64,000 nt of DNA. Source: an uncultured delta proteobacterium (GTDB taxonomy: Bacteria; Desulfobacterota; Binatia; UBA9968). How positions within the stretch are numbered: the stretch's first letter is position 1; each line of letters starts with the position of its first letter. A program made the position numbers and the translations under genes. The stretch lies in the NCBI GenBank assembly GCA_963755715.1, contig CAVWLW010000064.1:114559-178558 (forward strand), in the 5' to 3' direction. The notes below the pieces were generated by a model that was not told the origin of the DNA, searched no databases, and saw only the letters and a program-made list of their open reading frames with translations. Below are positions 39,083 to 48,278 of this stretch, piece by piece.

Positions 39083-40187
39083 ATGCCAGCTAAGTATCGC
39101 GCAGACCATATCGGCAGTCTTCTTCGACCGGCGGAGCTTCTGCAAGCGCGAAATACGAATTCCGACACCGCGCAACTGCGCGCGCTCGAAGACAAGCACA
39201 TCCTGCGAGTGATCGAACGGCAGAAGGATCTTGGCTTCAAGATCTTCACCGACGGCGAGCTGCGCCGCGGCAACTTCATGAGCGATTTCAACGACGCCGT
39301 CGAAGGAATCGACGAAGGCGTGGCGGTTGCACGCACTTGGCAAACCGGCACCGGCGCATCGTCCCGTCCTTCGATGGTGCCCGGCACTGTAGTCGGCAAG
39401 ATCAAACAGACCCGGCGATTGACCGGGCATGAATTTGCTTTCGTCAAGCAGCATAGTCCCGGCGACGTCAAAGTCACGCTGCCCACGGTTAATCAATTTC
39501 CCGCCATCTATTATAAGAAAGGCATCAGTGACAAAGTCTATCCAACGTATTCCGATTTTCTTTCGGACATCGTGCCGATCGTCAAGGCGGAGATCGCAGG
39601 CGCTGGTCAACGAAGGAGCACAATACGTGCAGATCGACGCGCCGCGCTACAGCTATTACATCGATCCGAAATGGCGCAGCTATGTAAAAACTGAAATGGG
39701 CCTCGACCCTGACCAGGCGCTCGACGAAGCGATTCGCGCCGACAACGCCTGCTTGGAAGGCGCGAAACGGCCAGGAACAATTTTGGCGATTCATCTGTGC
39801 CGCGGCAACAATCGCAGCCAGTGGTACGCCGAGGGCGGCTACGACGCCATCGCCGAGAAACTTTTCGGCCGGCTCAACGTCGACGCGTTTCTCCTCGAAT
39901 ACGAATCAGAACGCGCCGGCACTTTCGAGCCTCTTCGCTTCGTGCCGCCCGGCAAGACAGTTGTGTTGGGACTCGTGAGCAGCAAGCTTGCCGAATTGGA
40001 ATCCGAGGATCAGCTCGCGCGCCGCATCGAAGAAGCGAGCAAGTACGTGCCGCTGGAAAACTTGGCGATCAGTCCGCAATGCGGCTTTGCGTCGACAATG
40101 GAAGGCAATCTGCTCACGGAAGACCAACAGTGGCAGAAGTTAAAATTGGTCATCGACACCGCCCGCAGAGTGTGGGGCACGGTTTAA
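39083..40187 (+). CDS. Cobalamin-independent methionine synthase II-like (single-barrel MetE family) protein, extra base near 39596
   Basis: RADHIGSLLRP, TDGELRR, QIDAP, HLCRGN, LEY and PQCGFAS Zn-ligand motifs across two ORFs. Confidence 0.9.
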
Positions 40188-40255
40188 CTTTGACGCGCCG
40201 ACCCCGAGAGTGTTATCTATCGTCGCGGCAAAAATCCCGGCATAAGGAGAATCGC

Positions 40256-41449
40256 ATGAGGCGTGTAATTCTCATTTCACTAGCGGCAGTCGTTGCGCTT
40301 TTTGGCTTCGGTTCCAAGGTCATCGGCCAAACCGTCAAAGTCGGCGCGGTGGTTCCGCTGACCGGAAGGTACGCTGCGCTTGGCGGCCAGGTCAAAGCCG
40401 GCTACGAGATCGCCGTGCAGCAAATCAACGCCGCGGGCGGCGTGACGGTTGGCGGCAAGAAGCTGCAGATCGAAATGATCATGTTGGACGATGAGTCGGA
40501 TCCGACTAAAACCGTCGCGCGCTTGGAAACCCTCGCCACCCAGGGCGTCGTGGCGTATTTGGGCGGAGCGGGCTCCGATCTGCACGCGGCGGCGGCTTCC
40601 ATCGGCGATAAGAACAAGATTCCTTACTTCGGCATCGGCTTTGCGCTTCACAGCATTCACAAACAAGGCCTGCGCTATCTCTTCTCGCCTTTTCCGAAAT
40701 CGCCGGACTTGACAACTGAGACCTTCGTTTTCTTCGATGCGCTGATTCCCGCGGCGCAACGACCGCGCAAAGTGGCGCTCTTTCTCGAACGGACAGACTG
40801 GGGCAAGGAAATGGGCGGACTATGGGAAAGCGCGGCCAAGAAGCACGGCTATCAGATCGTCTCCAGCGGCGAATATGCGCCGGGGTCAAAAGATTTTTCC
40901 GATTTGATTTTGAAAGCCAAATCGGCAGGTGCGGAAACCGTTCTCGCACTACCATCACCGCCGGACGGGATGACCATCGTCAAGCAGATGAAGGAACTGG
41001 ACTTAAACGCCAAGGTCGATATGTTCATTCGCGCCGCTGACCCACCGGTGTGGTCACAGAATCTTAGCAAGGACGGCGACTACGTTTTACTCTCCCCCGG
41101 CTGGCACTTCGCCGCGAAATATCCCAAAGTCGCCGAGCTGAACGAAGCGCATCAGAAACTCTTTAACCGTCCCTCCGATCCGCTTGTGGGGCCATCTTAC
41201 GCTTGCCTGCAGATTCTTGCCGATGCGCTGACGCGCGCGAAAACCCTGGACCGCGACAAGCTTCGCGACGCCATCGCCGCCACAAATATGACCACGGTAG
41301 CCGGACCTGTTCGATTCCGCTCCGACGGCACCGGTGAAGTCAAAGTCTTTTTTCTGCAATGGCTCAAAGGTAAACAAGAATTGGTCTGGCCCAAGGAGTT
41401 TGCCACCGCGCCGTTCGGCTACCCCGCGCCGGAGTTCAGCCAACGCTAA
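40256..41449 (+). CDS. livK: Branched-chain amino acid-type ABC substrate-binding protein
   Basis: Signal peptide; KVGAVVPLTG, INAAGG and DDESDP motifs; ATG after TAAGGAG. Confidence 0.9.
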   Translation: MRRVILISLAAVVALFGFGSKVIGQTVKVGAVVPLTGRYAALGGQVKAGYEIAVQQINAAGGVTVGGKKLQIEMIMLDDESDPTKTVARLETLATQGVVAYLGGAGSDLHAAAASIGDKNKIPYFGIGFALHSIHKQGLRYLFSPFPKSPDLTTETFVFFDALIPAAQRPRKVALFLERTDWGKEMGGLWESAAKKHGYQIVSSGEYAPGSKDFSDLILKAKSAGAETVLALPSPPDGMTIVKQMKELDLNAKVDMFIRAADPPVWSQNLSKDGDYVLLSPGWHFAAKYPKVAELNEAHQKLFNRPSDPLVGPSYACLQILADALTRAKTLDRDKLRDAIAATNMTTVAGPVRFRSDGTGEVKVFFLQWLKGKQELVWPKEFATAPFGYPAPEFSQR

Positions 41450-41533
41450 CCGCCATGAGGCCATATCCTGCGCTCCCGCCGCATATGCGCGTGCAGATAG
41501 GAAAGGCATGTTCAATTGGCTAGTGAGGCGATC

Positions 41534-42728
41534 ATGAAACCGATAGTTTCGGCTTTCTTCGCAATGCAGATCGCATGGCTCGGCTTTGGCGTTGCGGCAA
41601 TGGGGCAAACCATTAAGGTCGGCGTCGTAACGCCTCTCAGCGGTCGCTACGCCGCCATCGGCAATGAGCTCAAACACGGATACGACATTGCCGTGGAGAA
41701 AATCAACGCCGGCGGCGGGGTCCAAGTGGGGAACCGGCGCTTACTCTTGGAGTTGATCGTGCTCGATGACGAATCCGATGCAACTAAAACCGTCGCGCGA
41801 TTGGAGACTCACGCCGCCCAGGGCGTAGTCGCTTACTTGGGCGGAGTCGGCTCTGATCTTCATGCCGCGGGCGCCACTGTCGCTGAGAAGAATCGGATTC
41901 CCTACCTGGGTGTGGGATTTGCCCTGGAGAGCATTCACAAGCAGGGTTATCGCTATCTCTTCTCGCCTTTTTGGAAGTCGCCGCAAATCGCCAGAGAAAC
42001 CTATCGTCTTCTCAATGGCTCACTGGCGGAGAATCAACGTCCCAAGAAGGTAGCTTTGTTTCTGGAGAAAACCGATTGGGGACAAGAAATCGGCGGTTAC
42101 TGGGAATCGTTCGGAAAGGAAGCCGGGTATGAAGTCGTCGTGAAGGGAGAATACGCGCCGGGCGCCAAAGATTTCTCGAATGTGATCTTACAGGCAAAAT
42201 CGGCAGGCGCTGAGTCGGTCTTGGGCGTGCCATCGCCGCCTGACGGCATGACGCTGGTCAAACAAATGAAGGAGCTGGATTTCACGCCGAAGTTTCTGAT
42301 GCTGCTGCGCGGGTCAGACTCGCCGGCTTGGACGAACAATCTTGGCGCCGCGGGCGACTACACGATATTGGGCACGGGTTGGCACGCCGCCCTCAAGTAT
42401 CCGCAGGTCAAGGAGCTGAACGATACTTACATGCAGCAAACACAACCGGCTGGCCGACCCCGTCGTAGGCCCCGGTTACGCCGTCGTCCAGATCCTTGCC
42501 GATGCGCTGACGAGAGCCAAGGCGGTGGACCGCGACGCGCTTCGCCAAGCACTGGCGAGTACGAATATGATGACGGTGTCGGGCCCCTTGCGCTTCCGCG
42601 CGGATGGAACAGCAGAGATTTCCGGCGTATTTATTCAGTGGCAAAAGGGGAAACAACATCTCATCTGGCCCAAAGAAAACGCCACCGCACCCTTTGCTTA
42701 TCCGGCGCTGCCTTTCAACCAGCGCTAG
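41534..42728 (+). CDS. livK: Second LivK-type binding protein, extra A near 42440
   Basis: Close paralog of 40256..41449; C-terminus lies in the 42525..42728 frame. Confidence 0.88.
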
Positions 42729-42793
42729 GTCACATTCTTACCAGCACAGCCGAAACTCACTTACGCTCGTAATCCCTTCTTGCCAATTCAACC

Positions 42794-43516
42794 ATGCCCC
42801 TGCTGACTGTAAGGAAAGCTACCAAGACCTTCGGCGGCGTCGCTGCGGTCAAAGATGTCAGTTTGACCGTTGAAGAGGGCGAGATCCTCGGCATCATGGG
42901 TCCGAACGGATCGGGAAAAACGACGCTGTTCAATCTCGTCAGCGGGGTTTTTTATCCGGATAGTGGGGACATTTTCTTTCAGGACGAGCGTACCAATAAA
43001 CTGCCGCCCCATCAGCTTTGTCATCGCGGCCTGGCGCGAACTTTTCAGCTTGTGCGTCCATTCCTCGGCCTCACCGCTGAGGAGAATGTTCTCGTCGGTC
43101 TCGGCTACGGCAGAGATCGGCTTACGGGATCCAAGGCGCGCGACAAGGCCGGCGAACTTTTGACTTCGGTCGGTTTGGCGGGCCGGTCGGATCGTCCCGC
43201 GAACACTCTCACGGTGATGGATCGAAAGCGCCTCGAATTGGCCCGCGCCCTGGCGACGTCGCCGAAACTTTTATTGCTCGACGAATTCATGGCGGGATTG
43301 ACCCCGACTGAAACCGCGGCGGCGATAAACCTCATTCGACAGTTGCAGCGCGGCGGTCTGACCGTCGTCCTGGTGGAGCATATCGTCTGGGCGTTGCTCG
43401 ATATTTCGCATCGCATCGTCGTGCTCAGCGCCGGCGAGAAAATCGCCGAAGGCGCGCCGGCAACTGTGGCGAAAGATCCACACGTGATCGAAGTCTATCT
43501 CGGGGAAACGATCTGA
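42794..43516 (+). CDS. livG: Liv-type ABC ATP-binding protein
   Basis: GPNGSGKT, ARTFQ, LLDE and VEH motifs. Confidence 0.92.
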   Translation: MPLLTVRKATKTFGGVAAVKDVSLTVEEGEILGIMGPNGSGKTTLFNLVSGVFYPDSGDIFFQDERTNKLPPHQLCHRGLARTFQLVRPFLGLTAEENVLVGLGYGRDRLTGSKARDKAGELLTSVGLAGRSDRPANTLTVMDRKRLELARALATSPKLLLLDEFMAGLTPTETAAAINLIRQLQRGGLTVVLVEHIVWALLDISHRIVVLSAGEKIAEGAPATVAKDPHVIEVYLGETI

Positions 43517-43527
43517 ATGATCCCCAG

Positions 43528-43671
43528 CGTTCAAATGGTTCAAGTCGTTCAAGCCCCGTCCTTCATCCTCCCCCGCGCCACGGGGGAGGAATGCATGCCC
43601 TGGACTGCGTCGAAGAGAGGTGAGGGCTTGAACGGAGCGCAGCGGTTGAACGTTTTGAACGATTTGAACGG
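43528..43671. repeat. Family A palindromic repeat with an internal CCTCCCCC/GGGGGAGG hairpin
   Basis: Three gttcaa units, internal hairpin, then ttgaacggagcgcagcggttgaacgttttgaacgatttgaacgg. Confidence 0.85.
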
Positions 43672-43685
43672 TTAGTAAATAAAGC

Positions 43686-44399
43686 ATGCTCGAAGTAAAA
43701 AGTCTTCAAGTTGCCTACGGCCCGCTTCTGGCCCTTTACGGCGTCGATTTGATGATTCGCCCCGGCGAAATGGTCGCCCTCGTCGGCCCCAACGGCGCTG
43801 GCAAATCGACTCTGCTCAAAACCATTTCCGGCCTGCTCGCGCCGCGCGCCGGCGCGATTCGCTGGCAGGATAAAATAATCACCGCAGCCTCGCCGCAACG
43901 GATCGTCGAGCATGGCATCGCCCTCGTCCCGGAAGGCCGGAGGCTTTTCGCCGCCATGACGGTGCGTGAAAATCTCGAGCTCGGCGCCTTCACTGAGCGC
44001 GCACAAAAAGAAAAACGTGCTCAAATGGAGCGCGTCTTCACTCTCTTCCCGCGTCTTTTCGAGCGCCAGCGCCAAACTGCAGGATTACTTTCCGGCGGCG
44101 AGCAGCAGATGCTCGCGCTGGGCCGCGCGCTCATGGGCCTTCCTCGCCTGCTGCTGCTCGACGAACCGTCCCTTGGCCTAGCGCCGAAAATTGTCGAGTC
44201 GATCTTTGCCATCCTCGCCGAGCTGCATCGCGACGGCATGAGCCTGTTGATCGTCGAGCAAAACGTGCACGCCGTACTGGCGTTGGTCCAACGCGCGTAT
44301 ATTCTCGAAGGCGGCAGAATCGTCGGCGAGGGCGACGGCAAAAAACTGCTCGAGGACGATCACATCCGCGCCGCTTATCTAGGACCGTTGGCGCGATAA
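43686..44399 (+). CDS. livF: Liv-type ABC ATP-binding protein
   Basis: GPNGAGKS, VPEGR, LSGGEQQM, DEPSLGLAP and EQN motifs. Confidence 0.93.
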   Translation: MLEVKSLQVAYGPLLALYGVDLMIRPGEMVALVGPNGAGKSTLLKTISGLLAPRAGAIRWQDKIITAASPQRIVEHGIALVPEGRRLFAAMTVRENLELGAFTERAQKEKRAQMERVFTLFPRLFERQRQTAGLLSGGEQQMLALGRALMGLPRLLLLDEPSLGLAPKIVESIFAILAELHRDGMSLLIVEQNVHAVLALVQRAYILEGGRIVGEGDGKKLLEDDHIRAAYLGPLAR

Positions 44400-44480
44400 G
44401 CTACAGCGATGCGATAAGACGGAACAAATATTTACCGGTAGAGATACCTAACGTTTGTATTGTATGAGCAAGAACTTTCT

Positions 44481-44805
44481 CACCACGAAGCGCACGAAGG
44501 ACACGAAGGTTTCGGAAATTAGTTATCATAAACTTCGTGGAATCTTCGTATCGTACTAGTAGTCTCAAAATCGTGCGTGGACCCGCGCAAATGATTCTGA
44601 GGCTTCGCAGAGAATATGTTTTCACCGCCAAGTCTACTGCGAAGTGCGCCGATAAGGTTATGCGGTGACAAGGACAAAAACTGATTATGAATGAATTGTT
44701 CACACCTCGAATCTCCGAAGCTTTGCGCCCTATTGCGTCTTTGCGGGAGATACTCCGAGTTTCGGTTGCGGCTCTGCCGCGCTGGAAATATTGTCCTTCG
44801 TGGTG
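44481..44805. repeat. CACGAAG (family B) palindrome interrupted by nested repeats
   Basis: Left arm caccacgaagcgcacgaaggacacgaag; right arm split between 44533-44550 and 44792-44805 by about 240 bp ending gttgcggctctgccgcgctgg. Confidence 0.75.
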
Positions 44806-44844
44806 AATCACTACTTTGCGTTGTTTGCGGCTAAACAATTCTCG

Positions 44845-45717
44845 ATGATCCTCACCCAACAACTCATTCTCGGTCTCCTCGTTGGCGGCCTCTACGGCTT
44901 GGCGGCCGCCGGTCTTTCGCTCACGTTTGGCGTGCTCCGCGTCTTGAACGTCGCCCACGGCGAGCTGCTCATGCTCGGCGGCTACGGCACCTTTTGGCTA
45001 TTCACCCTTTGGAAAATCGACCCGTTTGTTTCGCTGCTCGCCGTCGCCCCGGCCATGTTCGTGCTCGGACTATTGCTCTATTGGGCGCTGTTTCAATTCG
45101 TCGTCAAAGCCCACGAAGACACGCGCATCAAAAATTCGCTGCTCATCGGTTTCGGTCTCACGCTGGTTTTGCACGCCCTTGCCATTCGACTGTGGACCGC
45201 GGACGAGCGCGCGGTGACGACTGCCTACGCCGGCGCGGTGCTGCGGCTCGGCGGTTTGGCAATTCCGTGGTTACGTCTGAGCAGCCTCGTGTTCGCGTTC
45301 GGGATTCTAACCGCGCTCCATCTTTTTCTCGCCAAGGCGCGTTGGGGCCGCGCGATTCGCGCCACCGCCGAAGATTGGGAAGCTGCGGCTCTCATGGGAA
45401 TCCCGGTGGGAAAAACTTACCTGCTCGCCTTTGCCCTCGGCACCGCGCTCGCCGGAATCGCGGGAGGACTCGTCAGCGTTTCCTACGCGATCAGTCCATC
45501 CATCGGTCTGGAGTGGACGCTGAAAGCACTGGTCGTCATCGTTCTCGCCGGCCTCGGTTCGCTCTTCGGCAGCTTTGCCGGCGGCATCATCCTCGGCCTC
45601 GCCGAAGCAATGAGCGTGGTGTTTCTCGGCGGTCCGTACCGTGAAGTCGTCGGACTGATTCTTTTTCTCATCGTGTTAGTCGTGCGGCCCCAAGGGCTTT
45701 TCGGAGCGCGCTCGTGA
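44845..45717 (+). CDS. livH: Liv-type permease
   Basis: GLSLTFGVLRVLNVAHGE, GRAIRA and LAGLGS motifs. Confidence 0.92.
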   Translation: MILTQQLILGLLVGGLYGLAAAGLSLTFGVLRVLNVAHGELLMLGGYGTFWLFTLWKIDPFVSLLAVAPAMFVLGLLLYWALFQFVVKAHEDTRIKNSLLIGFGLTLVLHALAIRLWTADERAVTTAYAGAVLRLGGLAIPWLRLSSLVFAFGILTALHLFLAKARWGRAIRATAEDWEAAALMGIPVGKTYLLAFALGTALAGIAGGLVSVSYAISPSIGLEWTLKALVVIVLAGLGSLFGSFAGGIILGLAEAMSVVFLGGPYREVVGLILFLIVLVVRPQGLFGARS

Positions 45718-46640
45718 AATTGCTCGGCGCGGGCATCATGCTCGCCGCGGCGTTCGCCGCGCTGCCGCTCTTTACGATGCGTAGCGATCTGCTCAATCTC
45801 GGCGTGCAAATTTTTCTTGCGGTCGTCCTGGCAGAGAGCTGGAACTTGCTCGGCGGCTACGCCGGCCAGATCAATCTCGGCCACGCGGCTTTTTTTGGAC
45901 TCGGCGCTTTAGTCACGCGCACGCTTTGGGTCGGTGGGACGCCGCTGATCTTGGCGCTTTTTCCCGGCGCCCTCGTGGCGATGTTATTTGGATTGATTAT
46001 CGGCGTCCCGGCATTCCGTCTACGCGGCGCCTACTTCGCCATCGGCACGCTGGGATTGGCCGAGATACTGCGCATTACGATCGGAAATTTGTTGCCGCAG
46101 ATTTCCACGATCCCGGCAGCGGAACTTACTTCGTACAATATTTTGCCACGTTATTATCTGACTCTAGCCATGGCCATGGTGAGCGTAGGAGTGGTTGCTT
46201 GGCTGGTGCCGTCGCGCCTCGGCCTCGGCATCCGCGCCGTGCGCGAAGACGAAGCGGCCGCGGAAGCTACGGGTGTAAGCGCATTGCGTCACAAGCTTCT
46301 CGCGCTGGCGCTCTCCACGGCGCTGGCCGGACTCGCCGGCGGCGCCTTCGCCTACTACCACGTGAGCTACTATCCGCAGCACACTTTTTCTCCAGCGTGG
46401 ACTTTCGACGCCGTGCTGATGTCTTATATCGGCGGTGTCGGCACCGTCCACGGACCAGTATTGGGCGCGCTTTTTTATGTGATCTTAAGAGAGGTGCTGG
46501 CCGTGCGATGGGTCGAGTTTCACCTGATCATATTTGGCGTGCTTTTTATGCTGGTCGTGCTTTTCTTTCCCGGCGGGCTGGTCGAAGCGTGGCAGCGCGC
46601 GCGCCGGTTGGTGTCTCGGGGCACCGAAAATTCGCAATGA
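45714..46640 (+). CDS. livM: Liv-type permease
   Basis: WNLLGGYAGQINLGHAAFFG, RLRGAYFAIGTL and REDE motifs. Confidence 0.92.
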   Translation: MKLLGAGIMLAAAFAALPLFTMRSDLLNLGVQIFLAVVLAESWNLLGGYAGQINLGHAAFFGLGALVTRTLWVGGTPLILALFPGALVAMLFGLIIGVPAFRLRGAYFAIGTLGLAEILRITIGNLLPQISTIPAAELTSYNILPRYYLTLAMAMVSVGVVAWLVPSRLGLGIRAVREDEAAAEATGVSALRHKLLALALSTALAGLAGGAFAYYHVSYYPQHTFSPAWTFDAVLMSYIGGVGTVHGPVLGALFYVILREVLAVRWVEFHLIIFGVLFMLVVLFFPGGLVEAWQRARRLVSRGTENSQ

Positions 46641-46648
46641 TCACCGCG

Positions 46649-47647
46649 CTATTTTCGGAGCTGATCGATCCAGCCGCTGCTGACGAGCTTTTCCAACGGC
46701 CCGCTCACGCGGAAATATTCCGGATGATCGAGCAACTCCTTCGGCACAGGAGTCGATAACGCCAGCTCTTCCAAGACCGCCTGAATGCCTCGATCCGTGA
46801 CGCGCGGGATCGGCTTGAACAGATTCGCGTAGGCCTCCACAGCTTTTTTGGCGAGAAGCGCATCTTTCGGCTTGAGCCATTTATTATAGGCTCTCTCGCC
46901 GACGCTGAGATCTTTTTTCATTAGATGGATGGCTTCGATATACGCCTTGAGAAAGCGTTCCGCCGTGTCGGGTTGTTCCTTCACGAAGGCACGGCTGCTC
47001 ACGACGCAAGAGGCGGGATAAACAAAATCAGTTTTGGACAAGTCCAATAGAACCGGCCAACCTTTCTGCACATAAGGCAATGCCAGATCAAAAGGCAGCG
47101 CCGCCGCCGCAATCCTGCCGGTTTCCAATGCCGCCGCATATTCGGTTCCCAGTTGAAGGATCGTGACATCTTTTTCTGGATTAAGTCCCGCGTACTTGAG
47201 CGCCGAGCGCAGATAGAAATGGGTCGTCGACCCCAACCGGGTCACCGCGCTCGATTTGCCCTTTAGCTCTGCGGCGCTCTTTATTTCAGGCCGCGCCATC
47301 AAGTAAACCAAATCGGAATCCGCCGGGCAGGCCATTAGAGCGATGTCGCTGCCTTTGATTCGTGCCGCTAAGACGGAAGCGGCGCCGGCGCCGGAGAATT
47401 GCAGCTCCCCGCTGATGATTGCCAACGTCGTCAAAGCACCGGCCTGAATCATAATCACTTCAGGGTCGAGACCATGCTTGGCAAAAAGCCGGCTCTCCTT
47501 GGCCACCCAGACCGGCAGATTCACCGTGCTGATCGTGGTGCCATAGCGCAGGCGCTTAAGCTCTTGGGCGGAAACCAAATTGCCAAAGCTTCCCCAAGAC
47601 AGCGATGTGAAAGCAATCAAGCCGGCCAAGCATCGCATCGGATTCAT
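46649..47647 (-). CDS. ABC substrate-binding protein, NitT/TauT family
   Basis: Signal peptide; LFAKHGLD, LKGKSSAVTRLGS and GLNPEKDV motifs. Confidence 0.9.
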   Translation of the reverse strand: MNPMRCLAGLIAFTSLSWGSFGNLVSAQELKRLRYGTTISTVNLPVWVAKESRLFAKHGLDPEVIMIQAGALTTLAIISGELQFSGAGAASVLAARIKGSDIALMACPADSDLVYLMARPEIKSAAELKGKSSAVTRLGSTTHFYLRSALKYAGLNPEKDVTILQLGTEYAAALETGRIAAAALPFDLALPYVQKGWPVLLDLSKTDFVYPASCVVSSRAFVKEQPDTAERFLKAYIEAIHLMKKDLSVGERAYNKWLKPKDALLAKKAVEAYANLFKPIPRVTDRGIQAVLEELALSTPVPKELLDHPEYFRVSGPLEKLVSSGWIDQLRK

Positions 47648-47649
47648 GG

Positions 47650-48132
47650 TTACTTTTCCTTCTTGCCGGAAAAGTATTGGCTTTCCACTTTTTCCGAGTC
47701 GTAGGTGACAAACTTGTTTTCACCCTCCGCTCGTAGCTGGGGACTTTCGTTTTCATCGAAGAGCGCTGCCGCGCCGTCGCGCAGATCGCCACCGACCAGC
47801 GGAGGCGAATGAGATTCAACGACGGTGGTGATGGCGTGGGAACGATTCCATGCCCAGTGGACGCGGTTGGCTGGGATTCGATGAAAATCGCCTGCCTTAC
47901 AGTAATAACCCTTGTCTTCTACGAAAAACCAGATTTCGCCTTCGAGCACGTGATTGATTTGCTCCGAAGCGTGCATGTGCGGCCTGGTATGGTAGCCCGG
48001 CGGTCGCAACGCGACGAGAAGGCTGCTCTCGTTTCCGTAGGCCTGCCGAATGATCATCGAGCCTTCGCCTTCTCCGGTCTTGAGCACGACCTTTTTCTCC
48101 GGCACGTTTTCACGCTTGACCTGTAGAGCCAT
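47650..48132 (-). CDS. Cupin-domain protein
   Basis: PHMHASEQ...GD..RIPANRVH motif; AGGAG RBS. Confidence 0.88.
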   Translation of the reverse strand: MALQVKRENVPEKKVVLKTGEGEGSMIIRQAYGNESSLLVALRPPGYHTRPHMHASEQINHVLEGEIWFFVEDKGYYCKAGDFHRIPANRVHWAWNRSHAITTVVESHSPPLVGGDLRDGAAALFDENESPQLRAEGENKFVTYDSEKVESQYFSGKKEK

Positions 48133-48191
48133 TTTGTTTCTCCTTCTTTCCCGAACGTAAGTCGCTCACTGATTTGGAGTTCGAAAACGCA

Positions 48192-48266
48192 GTTCAAGCC
48201 GTTCAACCACTGCGCTCCGTTCAAAACGTTTTAAACGATTGGAACGGTTTGAATCTCTTCTGAACG
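48192..48266. repeat. Family A palindromic repeat
   Basis: Core gttcaaccactgcgctccgttcaa (48201-48224), then ttaaacgat-tggaacggt-ttgaat. Confidence 0.8.
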
Positions 48267-48278
48267 TTTTTCATCATC

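Noticed and set aside
39797-40255. Long N-terminal extensions in the ORF track (also 3928, 14589, 31476, 52092, 55662)
   Set aside because: They overlap other genes or promoters; downstream starts fit the family N-terminus better and most have an RBS
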